The notes beneath the pieces were generated by a model that did not search any database, was not told where the DNA came from, and saw only the letters and a program-made list of their open reading frames with translations. The position numbers and the translations under genes were made by a program. 64,000 bases of DNA from Octopus sinensis (taxonomy: Eukaryota): the NCBI RefSeq assembly GCF_006345805.1, contig NC_043014.1, forward strand, positions 20,584,001-20,648,000. The letters run 5' to 3'. Every line of letters starts with the position of its first letter. The stretch's first letter is position 1. Of the stretch, positions 53,825-64,000 are shown piece by piece.

Positions 53825-55293
53825 ACTTGTAACTTCCTGATATGTTTTGGTTGTTCACACGTGTGGCAGTTGGAATGTCTACCAGGAGGATGAGTTTTAA
53901 GCTCTTCTCTCAGAAATCTTTAAAAGATACTGATGTTTTTTGTTTGCTTGTTTTTTGTTAAGTTTTTTTTTGTTTTTGCTTTCGTTTTGTCTCATGAGAT
54001 CCTAAGGACATGTATGCCCATGATAACCCCATACTAATTCGGGGGCAGGTATGACTAGAACAATCTGATCGTGCATTTTACCATCCTCTGTTTTAAAGAC
54101 GGCGTACTTGGTGCTGTATGTCTTCCCTCTTCCAATAAAAGAAATTTTACTCAAAATACCTCTCAGGTCTGTTTTCGAGTCTTTCTTTGGATGGAACGAG
54201 GAAATCATCCAAAGACTTTGGCAAATCACTGCAAGAGGTTTCTTTTCCCTGTCGTGACGCATAGTAGTAAGCTGGTACCTATTTTGTGGGGAAAAGAGCA
54301 TGTCAACTTTTAGTTCTTCCAACAAATGTACCATATGAAGAATGTTTTTTTATGAGTTCGAGAAAAACTTTGCTATAGATTTTATTTCTTGGTTTTTATA
54401 TCTTTTATAGCGTGTATGTTCTTCAAGTTCAATTCGTTCAAATATATATTTATTAACACCTCTCCCTCATCCTCTCGTTTTCCACTCCACACCACACGTC
54501 TTTGTAATCTTCTTCTTCTTTAATAGTATTTTGCATTTTTTTTTCTGCGTCTCTTCGAGCCTTTATAGCCCATAAAGAAATTTGCTGTTGTTGATGTTGT
54601 TGCTGTTATTGCTGCTGCTGCTGCTCTTGTGTTTGTTGCAATACTGAGTCGAAAGAGGCCCTGACAAAATGGTGTTAAATTATTTCGTTATCTACCTTTA
54701 AAATCAGAACTCTAATTTCATCAGAGGTCAACTTTGAATCTAATATTTCCAGGTTCGATCAAATAAATAAAAGTCAAACACTAGAAATCGGTATAATCGA
54801 TTCTATCTATCTATGCAACACCCAAACACAAATACTGCCACGTATTTCGTGTTTTCCTTTACTCTAATTATATATTCCAACATCCACGGCCTCTTTAAAA
54901 TAACATAAAATTTCGAATGATGTTACTTAAAATGCCTGGGCTGTGGAAAGCAGTATTGATGTTGGCTTCGTGCCTATGTTCGAAAAAAATAATTATTGCT
55001 TTTACATGGCACTGTAAGCGTTAAGAAACGGAAGTCTTAATGGCTCTTGCCTTCAGGTTAGAAAAGTTCAAACAGAAATATTCTTTCCAAATAAAATGAG
55101 CAGTTCCAGGCGATGCTCATATCTATACTTTGTCAAGTGATACTTCCCTCTTAGATATTGCTTACTGCTTCAGGCGTAATGGAAACTTCAACAAGGGTTA
55201 TACCTAAAGGCACCAATTATTCCTGTTTATTGTTTCATTCTTCTTCTTCTTCTTCTTCTTCTTCTTCTTCTTCTTCTTCTTCTTCTTCTTCTT

Positions 55294-55326
<33 letters not shown>

Positions 55327-55434
55327 ATTTTCTTCCTCTTTCTCTTCTTTTTATTATCTTCGTTATCTTGTATTATTTGTAAGTAATAGCTGCAGTATAC
55401 GTCATCGTCTTCGTCGTCGTCGTCCTCATCCTCA

Positions 55435-55506
<72 letters not shown>

Positions 55507-56487
55507 CAGCAGTTGCAGTAGCTGTTGTTGCTGTTATTCTAGTAGTTGTTTTCTTCTTCCTCTTCTCCTTCGTCTCGTTGTTGTTTTTGTAACAGCAGCA
55601 ACAGTAGAGAGTTCTTAACGTGCTTATCAAAAATCTGAATCATTCCGCAGTGTCTCCAAATAAATTTTGATCCGTTTTAAATTCTGGAGTTATTTCCCTT
55701 GCCTATTCTGATAACATTTGTCTTTAGCGCTAATGATTTTGCATTGCATTTCTGCTGTAAATTGAAAGTGAATTTGGCACACTACATTGTTAAACTACAC
55801 TTGCTCTTGATACAGAACGTATTCTATAGAAATTTTCTACTGTCTAATAAGTGAATATATATTTTCCCATAAACACTATATTTTGTCCAAGTTGTTCTAA
55901 AGTCCCGTGGTTACGTTTTAAATTATACTTTGTTGAGAAGGCTTAATAAGACTCAAACATGTTAGGAGTCATCATCTTAGAAAATTTAAGTCTCCTAGAC
56001 ATTATTTTTTCTACTCCCAGGATTCGTGGGGCTGATTAAACGCTTTCCATGCATATTAGTGACTGAGATCACAACATAAACCCTAAACGGGGAGCCAGTC
56101 AGGATTACTCATATACAGCTGAGTGGACTGAAGCAACGTGAAATGTAGTATTTTTGCTCCAGAACATAATTCACCGTCCGGTCCGGGGAAGCGAAACTAC
56201 GATCACAAGAGCAACACCCTTAAAACTACTAAGACAAGGCGTCATCTTACCAAAGATCAAATTCATTCCACGTTGTTTGTCCGTATTTGATTTTAATCAA
56301 TTTAAATTTCAGAGTTCTCTCCCTTACTTTACTTAATAAGAATACTCATCAAGACTAGTAAAGTTATTTTCTCATTGCAAGTGTAATTTGAAGTAATTTG
56401 AATATTTGTAGGTGTTTTTCATCTCCACTGACAGCAGTCTCCAAGAAATTATGGACAAATATTTGTCAAAGTATGTAGCATAATGTG

Positions 56488-56795
56488 AAGGTGTATGGTT
56501 CAGTGGTTTAGGCGTCAGATTTACATTCGTGAGGTTGTGAGCTCGATTCCAGGACTAATTTCACGTTGCTACAGACCTCTCAGCTATAGAAATGAGTTGC
56601 AGCGTCACTGGTGCCAAGCTGTATTGGCCTTTGCGTTTCCCTCGGACAACAGATGCGGCGTTGAGAGAGGAGAGTGATGTGCATGGGCGACTACTGGTCT
56701 TCCACAAACAACCTTGCCCGACCTTATCCCTCGGAGTGGGGGTACTTTCTAGGTGCAATCCCATGGTTATTCCTGACCAAAGTGTGTCTTCACTT
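56488..56795 (+). mobile_element. tRNA-derived SINE
   Basis: A box 'tggttcagtggttag'-like and B box 'gagctcgattcc'. Confidence 0.65.
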
Positions 56796-58184
56796 TTTAT
56801 GTAGAACAATAACGAATAAAATACTGTTTATACCATAGTGTTATTGTGATTAATAATTAATGTCTTTATTGACCTCCTCTGTTTTTCATTGATGTAATTT
56901 CCTCACAGTTTCTTAATTATTGTTTTCCTTTGTATTGCTCTGTTGTACTGTTTTCAACGTCTTGGTCCTTGAGGCAAAAACATTACTATTACTATTATTA
57001 CTGGCGAGCTGGCAGAATCGGTAGTGTGTCAGACACAAAACTTTCTCATCATTTATTCTGGCTGTTTACGTTCAGAGTTCCAATACCACCAAGATCAACT
57101 TTGCTTTCATACTTTTGGAGCCGACAAAATAAATACCAGTAAAGTAATGGGATCGATGTAATCTAACTAAAATAGCTGGCTTTATACCAAAATTTAAAAC
57201 AATTAATCTTCTTGCTGTTATTGTTGTTGTTTGGTGTCAATCTTACAGTTAGAAATGAAACGGGTGAGGAGTATTTGACCAGATAAATATATCAGCCGAT
57301 AAATCTTCTACTCGTCCTTCAGCCGATAAATGTACTTTTGTCCACTCTTTGGTGCTTTTCACCACGATCTAGACACCAAAATATAGCTTCTCTGTTCAAT
57401 TATCAAAAGATTTCCGCTTTCTCTTCAAAGACATGGTAGCAGCTATAAATTCGACTTCTTGTCGACAGTTGAAGTATGAATAATAAAACCTCCAATGATT
57501 TTGACGTAATTTTAAATCCTTCAACATGTCAGTTATTTCTATTTTTATGGGATGTAAATTTTTTAACATTGTTTAAAGTGATCGACTGAAGGACGATTAA
57601 CAGATCCATCGATATGTGGCACTTAAATAACTATAAGCAAAAGACGCGGCCATCATTCAACTGCCTCTTATAATTCTCTGAAGTATTCTTTTTTTCTTTT
57701 TACATGTTCTTAATTCGATGAGGCTTGTCAATAATGGATGTCCTCAGAGTACAACCAAATAAAGTGCTGTATGTTTTCAACACGTGCAGGCTTCAATTTT
57801 TTTTTTTTGTTCTTCTGTTGTTATTAAAATATTCGGTATACACCAGGGTCTAGTTGTAATAGTTTTAGCATATTATATATCTTATATTAAACTTTTTAAT
57901 ACTTTTTGATAGTTATATTAAAAATAATAATAATAATAATAACATTAAAATAATAATAATAATAAAACTAAAAATAATAAAATATATATATATATATATA
58001 TATAAATTTATAAGTATAAATTAATAATTTAAATAATTAAATTTTAACTTTAAATTAAATAATTTAAATTTTGAATTTTATATTTTATATATTTTGTATA
58101 TTATATTAATTAATTTTATTTCTATGTATTGGTTTATGTTTTTCACTGTTTGATTTGCCTAATAGTGGTTTTATCTCTAATTTA

Positions 58185-58235
<51 letters not shown>

Positions 58236-58364
58236 CATACATACATACATATATATATATATACATACATAATAAGGGTAAAAAATTGAATATTGATTTG
58301 ATTAATATCAATTTAAAACCAGTGGTTTAGCATATAAAAATCTGAAGATACAGAAAAATTATAA

Positions 58365-58445
<81 letters not shown>

Positions 58446-59249
58446 TGCGTGTGTGTGTGTGTGTGAGTGCGTGCGTATTAGCGTACGTGTGTGTGAGTGC
58501 GTGCGTGTTAGCGTACGTGTGTGTGATGTGTGTGTGCGTGTATGTGTGTATGTAATTTGGGAGTGCTTGGTGTTATGTATTTATCTGCCACCTATTTCTG
58601 CGTTTTCTCTTTTTCAAAGGACCCACTCTTTCGACTGATTGCGTGTGTGTGAGAAAGAAAGAGAGTCAGACAGAGACAGAGACAGACAGAGAGCAATATT
58701 ATAGTGTTATGAATATGTATATATTGATGTGATGGCGGTACGTCACTTGCTCTGTCGTCTGAATCCCATGGGTGGGCTCTGCTGTACCTTACTAGCTCAT
58801 TCCATGTTGACACTGTTTGACATTCAATGACTGATACTTTATTTTGTCGACCCCGAAAAGATAAAAAGAAACATTGGTCTCGGTGCAATTTGAACTCAGA
58901 ATGTGAAAAGGAGGAATGGATTCCACAGAACAATAAGCCGCCCTTAACGGTTGTCCCTATCCCCCGCCTTAATTTTTGCCATCATTTATTTATTTCCGGT
59001 TAATCGATATCTCCTATGTCCAGAATCTTTGCCATGGGTCCATATTGGAAACCGTGCTTTACAGCCCTTTATGTTCCGAGTTAAAATCCTTCCGAAGTCA
59101 CACGATTTATAGTTCATTCCCACTGCACTACACCTTGGACATGTGTTTTCCACTATAACCCCAGACCGGACAGTGCCGGGAATGAATTTGAAAATCGGAA
59201 GCTCTGTAGAATCACGTCATATATATGTGTGTGTGTGTATGTATGTGTC

Positions 59250-59652
59250 ATAGCGCTTGTGCTCATCCCCCATCCCCAGCGCTTGACAACATGTGTTGGT
59301 TTGTTTACGTCTCCTTAATTTAACGGTTCCATGCAAGAGACCTATAGAATAAGTACTAGACTTAAAAACTAAGTAATGGAGTCGATTCGTTCGAATAAAA
59401 CCCTCCAAGGCAGTATCCCAACATGGTCACAGTCCAATGACTGACACAGGTAGAAGATAAATAAATAAATATATATATATATATATATATGATTACACAC
59501 ACAAACACATACTCACACATATACTCACCTACGTCTTTCTCATTAATTTTGAACCTATATGCACTATATATGTACGTATGTATGTACTTGTGTATGTGAG
59601 TGTGTGTGTGTGTGCGTGTGTGTGTGTGTGGTGTGTGTGTGTGTGTGTGTGC

Positions 59653-59684
<32 letters not shown>

Positions 59685-59890
59685 CTTTGTGTCTATGTTT
59701 GTTCCCCACCACCACTGGTGTTGATATGTTTACCTCCCCGTATCTTAGCCGTTCGGCAAAAGACACTGATAGAATAAGTACCAAGTTTGAAAAACAAAAC
59801 ATATGTACTGTAGTCGATTCGTTCGACAAAAATTCTTCACGGCAGTGCCCCAACATGGCCGCGGTCTGATGAGTGAAACAAATAAAAGAT
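59250..59890 (+). mobile_element. Two 3' halves of the major SINE family
   Basis: 'gatagaataagtac..gtcgattcgttcga..ggcagt..ccaacatgg' at 59250-59460 and 59700-59890. Confidence 0.75.
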
Positions 59891-60317
59891 AAACGATAAA
59901 AGATACGTGCTCATACACAAACACATATCTAGACACACAAACTTTCCATTGAATCTAGGTTTTCGGCCAGCAAGACAAAAACAAGCATTTGTCACAATAT
60001 CTTCCTGAAGTGAAAAACACAGCTCAATCCAAACAGTTTCTTTTGCTTTAGAAATCACAACAGGAATTTAACATTTGTATATAACTGTCCACGAATGCAT
60101 TATATTCATAGTCAGGGGGATCAAGAGCCTACTAAATCAAACTATTTGATTTACATAAATAACACATTATTCAAGGCTAATTCGATTAATAAATCAATGC
60201 AGGAGTATTTCTATGTGGCTTCATAATGTACTTTAGAAAAAAAATAGGTTCCCAGCCGACACGATATGTCTTATAAATTAGAATGCATTCAATGCTCAGA
60301 ACAAGCTTGTAGTAGTG

Positions 60318-60383
<66 letters not shown>

Positions 60384-60849
60384 TAGTAGTAGTAGTTTTG
60401 TTGTGGCAATAGCAGCAGCAGTTAATACTATTGTGTTTCTCGTACAATTTAATTTTAGTAGTGTTAACTGAAAATTTGATTTATTTTAAGTACATTATAG
60501 TGTCCCAACACACGACGTAACGCGTCATTAATTTACTACAATATACATGTGCATATGTATGTGTATATATGTATATATATACACGCACACACATACACAC
60601 ACATAGATTTAAATATACATGTATATTGTTGGTTGTATGTGTGCCTATGAGTATATGTGTGTCTGTAAGTGTATGCGTACAACATAGATATATATGTATA
60701 TATAAATAAATATGTGAGTATATGTGTTGCATTTTCGTTTATAACATATTTTTATTAAAAAAACAACGCTTGTATGCGTACCTTGCAGCAAATTTACTTT
60801 AATGCCGTAAGGGGTTTTTATCTTTATGACTATAAGAAGAGTTTACGAA

Positions 60850-62925
60850 AAAAAAAACAAAAGACGAAGACAGATGTATTAGTATAACGCTCATGAATAG
60901 AAAAAGTTTTTTACGTTTCGAGCCTACGCTCTTCTACAGAAAGGGACACAGAAAAAATAAGGAGAGAAACAAGGAGCGAAAAAAATGTGTGAAGTGGCTA
61001 ACGATCTATCATGGCACTGACTCGGACAGAAGGGTCACACACGAGAGGGAAAGTAGGGGAGATAACAAGATAAAGATGACACCCAACACAAAGGTGCGTG
61101 TGTGTATAAGAGAGTATGTATGTGCGTGTGAAAGAGGGCTGGTGGTCTGGACGTGTGCGTGTATGTATGTGAAGGTGTGAAGATGTGGGGATGGGTGTGT
61201 GGGTGGTGTGTGATGATGTGATGTGTAATGTTGTATGGTGTAGTGTGGTGTGGTGTGATGTTGTTGGGAGGTGGGGGAGGCGAGAGTGGGGAAAAGCACT
61301 GGTGGGGTGTGGGTTCGGCTGGGGGTTGGGGTTTGTGGGTAGGCAGAGGGTGGCGGTAGAGGTGGGGTGTGTGGGGGAGGGGAGGGTGGCTATGTGAGGA
61401 GAGAGAGGAGGAGAGAAGAGAGAAAGAGAGTAAGAGAGAAGAGAGAAAGAGAGGGTGAAAAAGTAGGCGAGAAGAGAGAAAGAGAATAAGAGAGGAGAGA
61501 GAAAGAGAGTAAGAGAGAAGAGAGAAGAGAGGAAGAGAGTAACAGGGAAGGGGGAAGGAGGGGAGAGAAAGAGAGTAGGAGAGAAGAGAGAAAGAGAGAA
61601 GAGGGAAAAAGAGTATGAAGAGAAGTAGCAGTGACGAGAAGTAGGAGTGAAGAGAAGTAGGAGTTGGGGCAAGAGAGGAGAGTTGGGTGGGAAGAAGGAG
61701 GAGGGAGGGGGAGAGAGGAGAGAAGGAGAGTGAGGGAGCAGAGAGAAAGAGAGAAAGAGAGTAGGGGAGAAGAGGGAAAGAGAGTAGGGGTGAAAAGATG
61801 TAGGAGTGACGAGAAGTAGGAGTCGGGGAGCAGGTTAGATGAAGGGGGAGGAGAGTTGATCCCAAATGGCGTAAAAGAGCGAAGAGAGAAGATTAATCCC
61901 TGTTCACAGCGCAAACGGGAGTCCGGATGGCCTCTGTGTAAGGACAATCCGAACACAGACAGGTGCTGCAAAGAGTGACCGGTGGAGCGGAAATGGCGTG
62001 AGACCGGTGTGTCATTGCCTAGGCGGATGTCTCGTAGGTGTTCCGCGAACCGGTCAGCCAAGCGGTGTCCCGTTTGTCCGATGTACAGGGAATGGCAGAA
62101 AGAGCAGGAGATGCAATAGATGATATTGCTAGAGGTGCAGGTGAAGGAGTCGATGATGCGATAGGGTCGATGATGGGTGCCGGTAAAGAGGGTGGTGTTG
62201 GAGAGATAAGGGCAAGTGCGGCAGCGTGGGCGGAGCAGGGGTACGAGCCAGGTTGGGAGGTAGGATTGGGGAAGAAGCTGTGGACCAAGAGGTCTCGTAG
62301 GTTGTGGGCTCGTTTAAAGGAGGGGAGGCGTCAGTAAGGGAAGATGTGTGAAGTGGACGGGTCGGACTGGATGCCGGAAAGCTCGGAGAATGGTGCGCTG
62401 GAGAGGTGGGGTGGTGGTGTAGTAGATGAGGGGAAAAGGGAGGCGGGAGACTGCAGGGCGGGTTCGTGGGGAGAGAGCAGATGCACGGTCCACGGAACGT
62501 GCTCTGGCAAGGGCGGTGTGGATAGTGGTGAGAGGATATCCACGTAGGATGAAGTGGCGAGCCATGAGTTGAGACTGAGTCTCAAAGTCATGGTCGTCAC
62601 TACAGAGCCTGCGTAGACGGAGGAATTGGGAATAGGGGATGGAAAGCTTGGTGTGTTTGGGGTGGGAGGAGGAGAAATTTTGGTATGAGTGTGAGTCTGT
62701 GTGTTTGTAGTGGATGGAGGTAGTAAGAGTCGAGTGATGAATGCTGACCGAAATGTCAAGAAAGGAGACAGAGGTGTCTGAGATAGTGCAGGAGAGATGG
62801 GGGGGCAGGATGGAAAGATTTGACGAAAGAGAGAAAAGAATCTAGATGTTCGCGGGAGAGTGAGGTGGCACCGATACAGTAGTCAATATAACGGCCATAT
62901 AGTTCGGGAGTGGGAGCAGTGAATA
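60850..62925 (-). mobile_element. 5'-truncated Neptune-type Penelope-like element: RT C-half, GIY-YIG, low-complexity 3'UTR and pLTR
   Basis: 'YGRYIDYCIG', 'SHPKHTKLSIPYSQFLRLRRLCS..RGYP' and 'CTSSNIIYCISCSFCHSLYIGQTGHRLADRFAEH..EQ.LIF.L..PFGIN'. Contains frameshifts. Confidence 0.9.
60907..60945 (-). ncRNA. Candidate minimal hammerhead variant (A6U core)
   Basis: ttt-CTGTAGA-a-gagc(gtag)gctc-GAA-acgt-A-aaa, at the expected pLTR position. Confidence 0.55.
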
Positions 62926-63120
62926 TATATATAGATTGTCCACAGATGAAATGCAGACATTTTCCGTAAAGACGACACTTAGTAGTGCTCAAAATATTCA
63001 ACTCCGATATGTTTACTGAGTATCGATTCCACAAGGTAAAGAAAGGTTATAATAGGATCAAGTTGAGCGGGTATAGAGGCAATTATACGGACAAACAAAT
63101 TAAACATACAAATATCTTTA

Positions 63121-63506
63121 CTCTTTACTCTTTTACTTGTTTCAGAATGTGACTGCGGCCATGCTGGAGCACCGCCTTTAGTCGAGCAAATCGAACCCAG
63201 GACTTATTCTTTGTAAGCCTAGTACTTATTTTAGCTTTCTCTTTTACCGAACCGCTAAGTTACAGGGTCGTAAACACACCAGCACCGGTTGTCAAGCGAT
63301 GTTGGGGGGACAAACACGCATACATATATATATATACATATACGACGGGCTTTTCAGTTTCCGTCTACCAAATCCACTCACAAGGCATTGGTCGGCCGAG
63401 GCTACAGTTGAAGACACTTGCCCAAGGTGCCACGCAGTAGGACTGAACCCGGAACCACGTGGTTGGTAAGTGGCTGTGTGGCTACCACACAGCCACTCCT
63501 ACGCCT
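63121..63506 (-). mobile_element. Full-length major-family tRNA SINE
   Basis: Reverse-complement match to 12713-13115. Confidence 0.85.
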
Positions 63507-63539
63507 GAAATATATTAAATATATTAAAGGGGTGGAAGA

Positions 63540-64000
63540 AAGGGGTTGCCTATCTTCTCTGTCGTTTGTACTCTTTGTAAGTTGCAAACAAGTGGTTACT
63601 GAGTCGCGTGAGAGCCGTACCACCTCTTCATCCGACTTGACCCATGAATACAGATCTGATACATTTGAATAGAAGCGAGCAGAAACATTACACTCTAAGA
63701 TGAATCATATAGGAAAGTCAATGAGATTGGTGTCTGGACTTGGAGGAGGCCATATCGTCTTGTCCCAAAAACCGCTGAAATGCTCTTTACACCTTCTCTG
63801 TCAAATTGGATATGTGGGTCGGAGCCCCGTCTTGAGTGAAGATGTAACGGTCACCAAAAGTTTCTGTGTCTCAGGGTAACACTTTGTCATCCAACATTTC
63901 CACATAAACTTCACTGTTGACCTTTAAGATCAAGGGAGATTTAAATTCCTCAGATGCAACTACGGCCCACATCATGAGGGAAGTTGGCTTCTGACGGAGT
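63540..64000 (-). mobile_element. maT/DD37D mariner-like transposase pseudogene (runs off the window)
   Basis: 'LMMWAVVAS..VNSEVYVEML..YIFTQDGAPTH..WPPPSPDTNLID'. About 37 residues lie between the last two Asp, allowing one frameshift. Confidence 0.85.

Noticed and set aside
53870-54340. Possible pogo/Tigger transposase relic (also 57250-57450)
   Set aside because: Only vague motif resemblance; too decayed to call.

Overview
This is AT-rich, microsatellite-dense eukaryotic DNA. Its SINE and other repeat families look like those of octopus; that is inferred from recognising the repeats and was not checked against a database. I found one convincing host coding exon (minus strand, 6450-7650, probably the first coding exon of an unidentified gene). 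Almost everything else is transposon-derived: tRNA-derived SINEs, two Mag-type Gypsy LTR elements, R4/Dong-like non-LTR fragments in microsatellites, mariner/maT relics, Helentron-type elements and many Penelope-like elements (PLEs). Three observations stand out. (1) A near-perfect ~1.1-kb inverted repeat (19853-22546) has a loop encoding an intact stand-alone GIY-YIG nuclease ORF, and each arm ends in a hammerhead ribozyme. (2) At least five distinct families of minimal hammerhead motifs occur, including a G3:C8 core-swap variant and an A6U variant. (3) A tRNA-head + (AAT)n + hammerhead module recurs and may be a Penelope-mobilised, ribozyme-tailed SINE. All alignments and folds were done by eye, so TE boundaries are approximate.
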